64,000 nt of DNA from an uncultured Rickettsiales bacterium (lineage in GTDB: Bacteria; Pseudomonadota; Alphaproteobacteria; Rickettsiales; UBA1997). The stretch spans positions 27,557-91,556 of the forward strand of contig CAJQHK010000004.1 of assembly GCA_905478165.1 (NCBI GenBank). Reading direction: 5' to 3'. Below the pieces are notes generated by a model. The model was not told where the DNA came from. It made no database searches and saw only the letters and a program-made list of their open reading frames with translations. This document shows, in pieces, positions 45,607 through 56,700 of the stretch. Every line of letters begins with the position of its first letter. The stretch's first letter is position 1. The position numbers and the translations under genes are program-made.

Positions 45607-46275
45607 TTAGATATAATCCTTATATTGATGAGTACCTCTCATCACAATATTAAAAGTACAGATTTTACGAGAATTAGGATTAAACATGTCAGACAATCTT
45701 ACTGTAGAAGTTAAAGCTTTCCTATCATCAGGATTATAAGATAAATATTGTGAATCCATTTTATTCCTTGGGTGATCCTCAAAATAGAGTTCAGTTTTTA
45801 AATATCCAAACCTTTTGTGATAAATATTCATATTGATATGCGGACTCCTACCGAAATAAAAACCAGGAACTATTGTAATAAAACGATAATTACCAAGATT
45901 GTCAGTTATGGACACTCCAGACATATTAAAATTCTTATCAATATTTTTGTCATTACTTGCCAATAAACTATGGTACTTACCTTTGGAATTTGTTTGCCAA
46001 ATCTTTATAATTGCACCCGTTATTGGTACACCAAAAGAGTCCGTGATTTTACCTTGTAAATATACTATCTCACCAAAAGCTAAATAAAATGAACCTGTTT
46101 TTTTTATCAAATTATTAGTTTGATTAAAAACCTTCGGCATAGAAAAATTATTTAAAAATAATCTCGATGGCGTTGGCTCCCTACTATTAAAAGAATTACT
46201 AAAATCATCAGCAAGTCCAATATTAGTGGCAAAAAATATAACAGTAATTAATTTTATAAGTATCCTAACTAACAT
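45607..46275 (-). CDS. Secreted intradiol ring-cleavage dioxygenase family protein (PcaH-like fold)
   Basis: A signal peptide is followed by LQGKITDSFGVPITGAIIKIWQTNSKGKYH...GNYRFITIVPGFYFGRSPHINMNIY...TELYFEDHP, which parallels the protocatechuate dioxygenase beta-subunit core. The usual H-x-H iron-ligand pair reads H-I-N here. Confidence 0.7.
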   Translation of the reverse strand: MLVRILIKLITVIFFATNIGLADDFSNSFNSREPTPSRLFLNNFSMPKVFNQTNNLIKKTGSFYLAFGEIVYLQGKITDSFGVPITGAIIKIWQTNSKGKYHSLLASNDKNIDKNFNMSGVSITDNLGNYRFITIVPGFYFGRSPHINMNIYHKRFGYLKTELYFEDHPRNKMDSQYLSYNPDDRKALTSTVRLSDMFNPNSRKICTFNIVMRGTHQYKDYI

Positions 46276-46305
46276 TAATAATTATTAATAAAATAGTTTT
46301 CAGCA

Positions 46306-47475
46306 TCAAACTCTTTCACTGGCCATTAATAAATCCTTGTCCTTCAATGTGCTACCATATCTTTTTCTAGTCATAGCCAATATGATCCCAAAAGACATTG
46401 ACATAGCAATTAAGGAGGACCCTCCATAACTAATAAAAGGTAGTGTGATTCCTTTGGTAGGCAATATTGCTAAACCAACCCCAATATTTATAATAATCTG
46501 TGCCGCAAACTGAATTACTAATCCACTAACAGTCAAATAAGCGAAACAACCCTTCGTCACGTCGTTTTTTCTTACGACTCTAGTAATTAAATATATAAAT
46601 ATAAATATAAATATGCTAGAAATTATTACCCCAAACTCCTCAGCAACAACAGAAAATATAAAATCTGAATGAGAATCTGGAATGTGTTTTTTTACTAAGC
46701 CATTTCCAGGTCCGGTACCAAAAAAACCTCCATTAATATAAGCATCAATCGACCTGTCGACCTGATAGTCATTGCCAATATCAAAAAATTTGTCAACCCT
46801 ACCCCTAACATGTGGCAGAAAAATATAGGCCGATATTATGCCAAAAATTCCAAAAATAGAAATGGCAAAAATAGCAATCCATGACAAGCCACATAAAAAC
46901 AATTGAGCAGACCACAACAAAATGACTAAAAAACTCATACCAAAATCTGGCTGTCTAATTAACAGCAAGACTAATAGTAAGCAAGAAATACTAGAAACAA
47001 TGTATTTAAAATAAAACTTAGTATGATTTAACCTGTCAAGTAAGAAAGCATTGAAAATTACGAAAATTACTTTTGCGAATTCCGATGGTTGCAAAGTAAA
47101 TCCAAATAATGATAACCACCTTTTAGAGCCTTTTATTTCGCTGCCAAACATCAAGGTTAGAATTAGCATTAAAATGATGGCAAAAAATAAAAATGGCGCC
47201 ATTAACTTTATATGATTTACCCTAAGATAAGAAAAAAAGACTAGTAAAAATACAGAGCCGCACAAGAAAATAAGATGCTTTTTGAAAAAAAATAATTGTG
47301 AAACTTCAATTCTTTTGGCGATAGATGGACTAGAAGTAAAGTTCATAAAAAGGCCAAATAATATTAAAAATAACACCAACCCCAAAATTACTTTATCGGT
47401 TTTTAGCCACCAAATTTTAATAAAATTAAGCTTATCTCTTTTAAATAAAGATTGATGATGTATTTTCCAATCCAT
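46306..47475 (-). CDS. ftsW: SEDS-family peptidoglycan glycosyltransferase (FtsW/RodA)
   Basis: About ten TM segments are present. Motifs are LQPSEFAKV, QPDFGM, SDFIFSVVAEEFG and LPFISYGGSS. Confidence 0.8.
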   Translation of the reverse strand: MDWKIHHQSLFKRDKLNFIKIWWLKTDKVILGLVLFLILFGLFMNFTSSPSIAKRIEVSQLFFFKKHLIFLCGSVFLLVFFSYLRVNHIKLMAPFLFFAIILMLILTLMFGSEIKGSKRWLSLFGFTLQPSEFAKVIFVIFNAFLLDRLNHTKFYFKYIVSSISCLLLVLLLIRQPDFGMSFLVILLWSAQLFLCGLSWIAIFAISIFGIFGIISAYIFLPHVRGRVDKFFDIGNDYQVDRSIDAYINGGFFGTGPGNGLVKKHIPDSHSDFIFSVVAEEFGVIISSIFIFIFIYLITRVVRKNDVTKGCFAYLTVSGLVIQFAAQIIINIGVGLAILPTKGITLPFISYGGSSLIAMSMSFGIILAMTRKRYGSTLKDKDLLMASERV

Positions 47476-47491
47476 TTTCTAATTATTTTTC

Positions 47492-47968
47492 TTAGTAATT
47501 TTTTTTAGAAATAACCTCGTGCTCCACGATCTCATCCCTAAAAGTTTCTTGAAATAAAAAATCTACATTCCAAGTAATCAATAAAGCTCCGAGCAAAGGC
47601 TCGATAACCACCAAAAATCTTATATCACCCTCCGGATATATATCTCCAAAACCAAGTGATATATAGGAGGTAAGAGATAAATACATTAAATCAAAAAAAA
47701 TATGCTGTAAATTTCCAAGTAAATTACTACTATGATTATACATCATATATAACTCAAAACAAATAGCAAAAAGCCATATGATAGCTATATGAATAATAAG
47801 AAGAACAAACATAAAGCAGATAATCCTAATATTTTTAGAAATTAGTTTTGATATATATTTTTTGGTAAAATACAATACTTCAAACTGTATCAGGACAGCT
47901 GTAACGACGATAAGAGTATTGACCAAAAATAAAGTAAGCATCAGAATAAAAAAATTATGGAACCTCAA
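47492..47968 (-). CDS. Small two-TM-type ion (potassium-like) channel protein
   Basis: A pore-helix and filter-like YLSLTSYISLGFGDIYPEG (GFGD in place of GYGD) is flanked by TM helices. Confidence 0.6.
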   Translation of the reverse strand: MRFHNFFILMLTLFLVNTLIVVTAVLIQFEVLYFTKKYISKLISKNIRIICFMFVLLIIHIAIIWLFAICFELYMMYNHSSNLLGNLQHIFFDLMYLSLTSYISLGFGDIYPEGDIRFLVVIEPLLGALLITWNVDFLFQETFRDEIVEHEVISKKNY

Positions 47969-50900
47969 AAAATAGACTACAACAATCTTTCTAAAAAGTT
48001 AATAAAAGAATCATCTAATTTACAAAAAAATGCCTCAAATCCCAATAACTCTTACTTTGTCTTAGCTTCTGCTGGATCAGGTAAAACTAAAATATTGACA
48101 GACAGAGTCCTAAGAATTTTACTTTCCGGCGTTCGGGCGTCAAAAATTTTATGCCTAACCTTTACAAAAATTGCCTCACTCGAAATGAGAGAGAGAATTT
48201 TTAAAGAACTATCCTCTTGGTGCATCATGAAGGACGAGGAATTAAAGAGTAAATTAGAAAATTTAACAGACGAAAAATTTAATTCTACAAAGTTACAAGA
48301 AGCAAAAATAATTTTTATTAAAATTCTAGATGATACCGAATCTTTAAAAATTGAAACAATACATTCATTTTGCAATAATCTAGTTAAAAAATTTCCAATT
48401 GAAGCGGGAATTCAGCCAAATTTTACCATTATTGACGATTCCCTATCAACAAAATTATTAAAACAATCTAAAAAAGAGCTCTTAAAAAAGGCTATAACTG
48501 ATAATGATCTGGGACAGAAAATTAGTAATATCGCCAGAAATTCAGGAGATCTAGGTCTTGTTGATATAATTTCAGATATAATATATAAAAGAGAAATATT
48601 TTTTCACCTAAAAAATAGCTTTATAAGTATCGAAAATTTACAGGAAAGTATTTTTGAAATTATAGGTTCCAAACCTAATCAAAATGAAGATAATTTATAC
48701 CAAAATTTCTTTGATTTTAGTAACAATGACCAGAATCTTTTAGATTTGTGTCAAAAATTACAAGATTTTCCTCAAAAAACCAATCAAAATTCAGAAAAAT
48801 TCATTAAAAAATACCTCTTAAATAAAAATTATCTAAATTTCTTACAATATCGCGATATTTTCCTAAAAAAAGATAGTTTAGATCCTAAATTAATAAACAA
48901 AATTATTACAAAGAAGGTTTCCGAAGAATCTCCTCTCTATGAGGAAGTTTTAATTTTTGAACAAAATAGAATTTTGGAGTTTTTAGAGGAGTTAAACTCT
49001 TTTAAAATTGCTAATCAAACTAGTAATATTATTTTTATTGCTAATGAAATTTTAGAAATTTATGAAAATCTTAAAGCTAAAAATGCTTACTTAGATTATC
49101 AAGATCTTATTATTAAGACCAACAACCTTCTACAAAATAGCGAGAATGCCGACTGGGTCAGATATAAATTAGATAATCTTTATGATCATATTTTAGTTGA
49201 TGAGTCTCAAGACACCAATCATTTACAATGGTATGTAATCTCACTTATTTCTGAAGATTTTTTTAGTGGAAATCAAGAAAATAATCGTACAATTTTTGCT
49301 GTTGGTGATGAAAAGCAATCAATTTATGGATTTCAGGGTGCGGAGCCAAATATTTTCAGCGATATCTTTTTTTGTTATCAAGATAAATTCAAAAATATTG
49401 AAAAAAAATTAGAAAAAATTACTTTGAACAATTCCTTTCGCTCTACAAATGCTATTCTGGAAGCGGTAGATTCAATTTTTTCAGACGAATCCTATGCTAA
49501 AAAAATTAGTAAATTATCAAAAGTAGAGCATCAAGCAATTAGATCAGATGCTGGAAAAGTTGAAATCTGGCCAATTATTAAATCAGATCCAGCAGAAGAA
49601 GAATCGTCTTGGGAATTGAATTTTACCAAAAAAACACTCTCTTCAAAAGAAATTTTGGCAGTTAAGATTGCTAAAGAAATTAAAAAATTAATAGAAAATA
49701 AAAAAATCATTATTGATAAAAAAGGACAAAAAAGACTTTTAGAATATCGTGATATTATGATTTTGGTTAAAAATCGCACTAATGATCTTGGAAATTTGAT
49801 CAGGAAATATCTAATAGAAAGAGATGTTCCGGTTGCAAGTCCTGATAAAATTAGCTTAACTAAAAATCTTTTAATACAGGATTTTATCTCACTATGTAAA
49901 TTTATTTTATTAGAGGATGATGATCTGAATTTAGCCTGCCTGCTTAAATCTTGTTTTGTCAAAATTTCTGAAGATAAATTATTCAATTTATGTAACATAA
50001 AAAATCAACACAATATTAGCTTAATCACTGTTGTGGAGCGAGAGAATTATAAAATATATCAATTTTTACAAGAAATTAAGAAAAAATATTATTTACACCA
50101 CAATGACATCGCTGGATTTCTAGTTAAAATATCTAATGATACTGATATTTTGAACAATATTAAAAAAGAATTTGGAGTTATTTCTCTTGATTTAATTAAT
50201 CAATTCATCTCTTTTGCCACTAAATACCAACAACAAGAAGGAACTTCTTTGCAAGAATTTATTTATCAAATTAGCCAATCAAACTTTAACATAAAATTAG
50301 AAAATAGCGGAATCTTTAATGAAGTACGAATCATGACTATTCATGGTGCCAAAGGTTTGGAAGCTCCCATTGTTTTTCTTCCTGATACTGCTCATGGTAG
50401 TAACTCTATTTTTGGGTCTGGACCAAGAGAGAATATCATTTGGCATCAAAACAAAATTCCAATTGCAAAATTTTCTAAAAAAGATCAGAACCAATTTTTA
50501 AAAGAAATTATAAATCAAAAATCAGAAGAGACTTATGATGAATATCTAAGACTTCTTTATGTGGCAATGACTAGAGCCGAGAATGAACTCTATATTTGCG
50601 GTTTTAGTAACAAAAATATATCAGAAAACTCTTGGTATAACTTAATTTCAAAAGCAATTTCTAGTAAAGCTGTAAAAAAAGATTTTATTGATGAAGAATT
50701 AGGTCTAGATGATCAAAAACTAGTCTTTTCTGATAAATTTAATCAAAATTTAGACATTTTTCATCAAAAAGATCCTCAAATAACAAAAAACAAAGAAAGT
50801 TTACCTGCATTTTTAACAAAAAATGTTAAAAACATAGAGGATAATGAAATTATTTACCCTTCAAAAATTCAAGATGATTTTGATAATTTTAAGGATAATT

Positions 50901-51376
50901 TAGAAAGAAATACTAAAAAATCAGTAAATATTGGAAATATTTCTCATAAAATATTAGAATTTTTACCAAACCTAACTCAAAACCCAATAGAATCTATTAA
51001 AATTACCAAAGAATACCTCAAAAACCAGATTATTTCTGAAAAAGAAAGAGAGATTATCCTAAAAAATATTAAAAATATTGTAGACAATTCAGATTTTAAC
51101 TTTTTATTTAGTAAAAATGCACGCTCAGAAGTTTCAATTAGCGCCAATATTAATGGAAAAATTATCTCCGCTCAGATTGATCGTTTAATTTTGGATGAAA
51201 ATCATATTACCATAATCGACTATAAGACTAATTTTACTACAAATCTTAATTTATATCGCGACCAAATAAATTTATATCGCAAAATTATTGCCAAAATCTA
51301 TCCAAATAAAAAAATTACTACTATCATCATTTGGACATATTATGGAAAGATTGAAATAGTGCCAGAATTTATTTAA
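47957..51376 (+). CDS. addA: Double-strand break repair helicase-nuclease AddA (alphaproteobacterial type)
   Basis: UvrD-like motifs are ASAGSGKTKILTDRV, ILCLTFTKIASLEM, ILVDESQDTN, FAVGDEKQSIYGFQGA, TIHGAKGLEAPIVFL and LLYVAMTRAENELY. A C-terminal PD-(D/E)XK motif (IDRLILDE..ITIIDYKTN) is also present. Confidence 0.88.
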   Translation: MEPQKIDYNNLSKKLIKESSNLQKNASNPNNSYFVLASAGSGKTKILTDRVLRILLSGVRASKILCLTFTKIASLEMRERIFKELSSWCIMKDEELKSKLENLTDEKFNSTKLQEAKIIFIKILDDTESLKIETIHSFCNNLVKKFPIEAGIQPNFTIIDDSLSTKLLKQSKKELLKKAITDNDLGQKISNIARNSGDLGLVDIISDIIYKREIFFHLKNSFISIENLQESIFEIIGSKPNQNEDNLYQNFFDFSNNDQNLLDLCQKLQDFPQKTNQNSEKFIKKYLLNKNYLNFLQYRDIFLKKDSLDPKLINKIITKKVSEESPLYEEVLIFEQNRILEFLEELNSFKIANQTSNIIFIANEILEIYENLKAKNAYLDYQDLIIKTNNLLQNSENADWVRYKLDNLYDHILVDESQDTNHLQWYVISLISEDFFSGNQENNRTIFAVGDEKQSIYGFQGAEPNIFSDIFFCYQDKFKNIEKKLEKITLNNSFRSTNAILEAVDSIFSDESYAKKISKLSKVEHQAIRSDAGKVEIWPIIKSDPAEEESSWELNFTKKTLSSKEILAVKIAKEIKKLIENKKIIIDKKGQKRLLEYRDIMILVKNRTNDLGNLIRKYLIERDVPVASPDKISLTKNLLIQDFISLCKFILLEDDDLNLACLLKSCFVKISEDKLFNLCNIKNQHNISLITVVERENYKIYQFLQEIKKKYYLHHNDIAGFLVKISNDTDILNNIKKEFGVISLDLINQFISFATKYQQQEGTSLQEFIYQISQSNFNIKLENSGIFNEVRIMTIHGAKGLEAPIVFLPDTAHGSNSIFGSGPRENIIWHQNKIPIAKFSKKDQNQFLKEIINQKSEETYDEYLRLLYVAMTRAENELYICGFSNKNISENSWYNLISKAISSKAVKKDFIDEELGLDDQKLVFSDKFNQNLDIFHQKDPQITKNKESLPAFLTKNVKNIEDNEIIYPSKIQDDFDNFKDNLERNTKKSVNIGNISHKILEFLPNLTQNPIESIKITKEYLKNQIISEKEREIILKNIKNIVDNSDFNFLFSKNARSEVSISANINGKIISAQIDRLILDENHITIIDYKTNFTTNLNLYRDQINLYRKIIAKIYPNKKITTIIIWTYYGKIEIVPEFI

Positions 51377-52012
51377 AAACAAACACTTACCCTAAAAACT
51401 GTATCAATAGCCCAAAAACCTAGTATTTCAATAACTTTACAGCTCACTTTTTAACTAATACACCTCAAAATTATGTCATTAAAGCATAAGGAGATTGTAA
51501 CATTAAACAAGTTAGTTGATCAAAACCATAATTACCACAAATCTAAAGAATTGTAGGATTTGTTAGAAATTATACCAATTCCCATCTTTAAAGGATATAA
51601 AATATTTAAACCATTACGACGTCTCTCTTTGACCCATTTCATAAAAAATTTAAGTAATAGGCGTTAGAGGGTTCATTAAAAACGAACCTTACTTCTAAAC
51701 GAGTTTGATTTATTTTGCAATAATTCCTCCTCCATTACTCAAGGGGACTATACGCATAGATCTATGGCTATTTTAGTAATTAACTGATCTGATTCTAATA
51801 CTAAATTCTGAATAATAATTTGTGTATTGTCTTTTTGGACACGGTTTTAATTTTTAATTATTAAAGTACGAATTTTAACTATCCCAAAAAGTATGTCTAC
51901 ATCAGAATAAACAACGTCAATTTTTCAGATATATCTGTAGATCATGATAATCCAACTGATAATATGATTTTGACATTATGAAACTATTGAAATGTATCTA
52001 AAATATTTGTGT

Positions 52013-52339
52013 CTATCTAGAATCTGCTGTCACCCTACCATTATAAGAACTTGGTGGTTTATAGTACCTATCAGTGTCATAATATTGATAATAATTAGGC
52101 TGAGGAAATTCGTAAGGGTTTGAATAATATCTTGATCCAGGAGTGACAACTGAAGTAGTAGCAGGAGTAGGATAAGATGATTGCGGTTGGTAAGGCTGAG
52201 AATAAGGTGTGGCAGATGGATATCTTGGGTTCATATATGAACCAGGGTTCTCAGAAACAATGCAAGCATTTAGTAGGAATATACTCAACAAAACACAGAT
52301 TCTTACAACAAATGTATATATATTAATCACATTAAACAA
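52013..52339 (-). CDS. Hypothetical Pro/Tyr/Ser-rich small lipoprotein (TTG start)
   Basis: A lipobox-like LLNAC follows a hydrophobic leader. The remainder is low-complexity (YPSATPYSQPYQPQSSYPTPATT, PQPNYYQYYDTDRYYKPP). Confidence 0.4.
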   Translation of the reverse strand: MFNVINIYTFVVRICVLLSIFLLNACIVSENPGSYMNPRYPSATPYSQPYQPQSSYPTPATTSVVTPGSRYYSNPYEFPQPNYYQYYDTDRYYKPPSSYNGRVTADSR

Positions 52340-52815
52340 ATTAATATCGACCCCAGACTTAATTTTACTATCAATCTTGACTTAAAGGGAGGTTCTTACG
52401 AAAACTTTTACTACAATAACATAACTAACTGTAATATTTATAATTTTATATTTTTACCTTAATCATAACTACAGCAATCCTTAAATTGTTACAATTTTAA
52501 TTAATAAATAAAATATTTCGACCCCAACAATATAAGTTGCAAAATAACACAATCTCTGCTATCAATAAGAATCGACATGATAATAATTTCTACATTACAT
52601 TCTATATTAATAAATTCAAGAGTTTTTTTTAAAATACACTTGAAAACAATAATTTTAAAAAATTAATTAGACAAGTTATACTTAAGCTTATATCGTTTTA
52701 GGCAGAATATACTCTTATATTTTATTAAAAATTATGGAGTTTAGATATCATTATTGATAATTAATTAATTACTTAATTTTATTGAAATAACTTTATAAAT
52801 AAATCAGACAATCAG

Positions 52816-53637
52816 ATGAAAAAAATTAAACTAGGTAATTTAGAAATTGGTAACGAACTACCCTTCACCTTAATTGCAGGACCTTGCCAAACTGAAAGCC
52901 GAGATCATTCGATGATGATGGCTGAAAAAATTAAAGAAATTACTGATAAATTAAATATTAATTTTATCTACAAATCTTCTTTTGACAAAGCAAATCGCAG
53001 CTCAATGTCTGGCAAGAGAGGGCTAGGACTTGAAAATACTCTGCCAATTTTTGAAGAAGTTAAGAAAACTTTTAATTGCCCAATTTTAACTGACGTTCAC
53101 AATGAAGAGCAATGTGACTTAGTTAAAGACTCAGTTGATATTTTGCAAATTCCGGCATTTTTATGTCGTCAAACCGACCTCTTAATTGCAGCGGCAAAAA
53201 CTAATAAAGTCATTAATGTTAAAAAGGGGCAATTTCTGGCGCCTTGGGACATGAATAATGTAGTGAAAAAATTAGAAGATTCTGGTAGTGAAAAAATCTT
53301 ACTAACTGAAAGGGGTGCTAGTTTTGGCTATAATACTCTAGTTTCCGACATGAGATCCTTACCAATTATGGCAAAAACTGGATATCCTGTTATTTTTGAC
53401 GCTACTCACTCAGTACAACAGCCTGGTGGATTAGGAGGCGCTTCTGGAGGACAAAGAGAATTTGTTGAGCATTTAGCAAGGGCAGCTGTAGCAGTTGGAG
53501 TTGCAGGACTCTTTGTTGAAACCCACCAAGATCCAGATAACGCACCATCTGACGGACCCTGCATGCTAAAATTAGAAAATTTGGAAGAGTTTTTAACTAT
53601 AATTAAAAGATTTGATAAAATAACAAAATCAAATTAA
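52816..53637 (+). CDS. kdsA: 3-deoxy-8-phosphooctulonate (KDO-8-P) synthase
   Basis: Motifs are [55 protein letters not shown] and the [14 protein letters not shown] motif. Confidence 0.95.
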   Translation: MKKIKLGNLEIGNELPFTLIAGPCQTESRDHSMMMAEKIKEITDKLNINFIYKSSFDKANRSSMSGKRGLGLENTLPIFEEVKKTFNCPILTDVHNEEQCDLVKDSVDILQIPAFLCRQTDLLIAAAKTNKVINVKKGQFLAPWDMNNVVKKLEDSGSEKILLTERGASFGYNTLVSDMRSLPIMAKTGYPVIFDATHSVQQPGGLGGASGGQREFVEHLARAAVAVGVAGLFVETHQDPDNAPSDGPCMLKLENLEEFLTIIKRFDKITKSN

Positions 53638-53798
53638 AAATTACTTTATATGATGGAAGTTCTAAAATATCTAATATCTTTAACATTCATAATAATAATA
53701 ATATTTTATGTATTACCTTTATTTTTTTAGCACAAAATTTCTCTAAGAAAAACTTAAAATACTTAGGTTAGTTTTGTTTTTTTTAGAAAAAAATATTT

Positions 53799-56700
53799 TC
53801 AAAACTTCTTTTCTATTTCTAACCTTAGGAATTCTACCTCCTTCTTGAATAGTTCTTCAATCTTCTTGTCAAAATTATTATCATCTGGTAATTTGTTGTT
53901 TCTGGCTAAATCATTAATTTCTGATAAATATTTAAATAATTTAGAACTTCTTATTGCCCTAGAAGATCCCTTTAATTTATGAATAGATTTCTGTAAATCA
54001 TTGACCTTTGATTTGTCATTTTTTATTTCTTCAATAATATTTTTACCATCACTCTCAAAAACATCAGCAATCTCTGTAGCTTCAGATTTATTAGAAAATA
54101 AAGAGGTGAAATCCCCCTCCAATACATCATTATTGCTGCTATTACTCTTATTCTTGCCACTTTGTGACAGAATATCTATACTGAATCTGTAATCTACCCA
54201 GAATTTTGATAATCTAATTAAATCTTTAGGGTTGCTACCTTTTAACATATAATCGTCAATACCGCTGTTCAACAAACTCATGACAAACTTCTTATCACCA
54301 TCTCCAGATAAAGCTATGATTGGGACTTTACAACTAGCATCATTTTTATCATTGTAGTTAGACTCAATTTTTCTAACTTCTTTTGCGGCATCAATACCAC
54401 CAACCTTACCCATATTAATATCGGTAATAATTAAATGATATTTGGTCGGGTCCAACTGAAATAATTTTACTATATCCTTGCCATCACTGCATTGAAATAC
54501 ATTAGCACCCGCATTGGAAACTTTTTTAGCGATAAGAAATAAATTTATGGCCTGATCATCAGCAACGATAACATTGAGACCTTTTAAAGTTGTATTATTG
54601 ACAACAATATCTTGGCGATGAATACTCTTGGAGGGTATGTAATAATTTAAAACCCACTTAGATATATTTCTAGCAATGAATCTTAAATCTTTTGGCTTTA
54701 TATAATAGGCGTTGCATCCCGCAGTTAGGGCCTGATTAGCAATAGCCTTATCTTCCCTAGAGCTATAAGCTAGAATTGGCAACGCATCCTTAGATATACC
54801 GAGATCATTTCTAATTTTTCTTGTCAATTCTACGCCACTCATTAAAGGCATTTCAATATCAGTTAAAATCAAGTCAAACTGATCACCACACTCTTCCTTG
54901 GATTTAATCAATTCAAAAGCTTCAATTGGATAAATTATGATAGTAATATTAAAATTAGGACATTTATTTCTTAAATCCCTAGCTAGAATTTCTATGTTAG
55001 TCCTAATATCATCGACTAAAAGAATATTTTTCTTAGGATTCTTACTTAAAGATCTCTCTAATTCATATGCACCCTCTTCAGATTTGTTAGATTTTTTTAT
55101 CTTATCTTCAAAATCTAAAATCTTATTGACACCCTCCCTCTTTTCATTATCTGATAAAATTGGAAATAATAAACTAAATTTGGTAAATTCATCAATTTTA
55201 CTTTCGCAAATTATAGCACCACCAAAATTATTCATCATTCTGTTGCAAAAATCTAAACCAACTCCAGTTCCACCCTTTTTATCTAGTGTAAAATATGATT
55301 GAAATATTTTAGTAATTACCTCCTCCTTAATTCCTGGACCAGTATCGGTCACACTAACTACGTTATATTTACCAACTTCGAGCTCTATACCTGCATCACG
55401 GACTGAATCAGAAACATTAAATTTTTTGAGCAACTTTTTATTAAAAGTTTTTTCTTTCTCAAAGGAAATGGTGATATTTGAACTTGGATATTGATCAAGA
55501 TAAAATAAGGCATTTTTAACTAAATTAAAAATTATATATTTAAATCCAGTATCATTTGCAAAAATTATAAAATCATTTTCATTATCAATATTTTTAACTG
55601 ATATAGATTCCAAATCAGATTGACCTGCTGTTACACTCCTATCATCATATAAGTTAATAATAATTTTCTCCTTTTCTTCATTATTTTTATATCCGTAAAG
55701 AGAAGCTGTATCTAAAATTAATTGCTTAGCAGAATAATAACCAAAATCCTCTCTAGTAAACTTCTTGCCACCCAGTTCATGCAAAGTTATATCGATAATA
55801 TTACTAGCTAAATCTATCGTTTTATTAATTTGACCCTTAAAATTAGCAATCTTTATACTTGATTCATCTATTATTTCTTTAAACTTACTATCCCTATACA
55901 CAATCTTTTGTAAGTTCGGATCATGACTAATATTATCCTTTATCGATACCAAATTTTCAGTTGTGAGTCTTATCGCTCCAAGAGGATTACGAAGCTCGTG
56001 AGCAATTGAGCCCGCAAGAGCTATTAAAGCAGACTCCTTCTCTCTTAGAAAGTGTAGATGTAGACGTACCCTCTCTAGTGCGATACCAACCTTGATGACC
56101 AAATCATCAAAAACCTCCATATCCTCATAATAAAAATAATTGCTTTTATTAGGACGAGATTTTAAGGTAATAAAGCCCATTTTCTTGTTGTGAAAAGTAA
56201 GAGGTATATAACCCTCAAACTCTCCATCTGTCATGATTAGTTTTAATTTTTCATAAGCCTCATTAAGTTTAATTGACAATAATATTTTGTTGCTATTGAA
56301 CTCTTTTGTTAATTTTTTTAATGTCTTAAAAGCGATATCTTCACCAAAATACCTAGAAAAACCTAGATTATCTTTGTTTGCAAAAATCCCAAGATCATCA
56401 GAAATATAAAATGATTTTATTTCTACCTGCATATCACCTCCTATGATAGATTTAATCTTACTAAGCAATATATCTATGCTTACTACATCAAGAACCTCAT
56501 TATTAATTTTTTTCATGATATTTTTCTTATCATACCTAACGCCAAAGCCAAAATTTATACCTAAAGATTTAAAACCTTTTGTTAAAATATGGTATAACTC
56601 AAGCGATATAAAAAAATATATTATAGTTAGTAATGATATTAAGATTGTGTTATCAACATTACCTAACCTCGTGTATACCTCAGACAAAACTACGTAAGAT

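Noticed and set aside
51600-51700. Minus-strand peptide fragment MKWVKERRRNGLNILYPLK as a transposase or HTH remnant
   Set aside because: It is too short and flanked by stops, and it has no diagnostic motif, so it cannot be supported without a database search.
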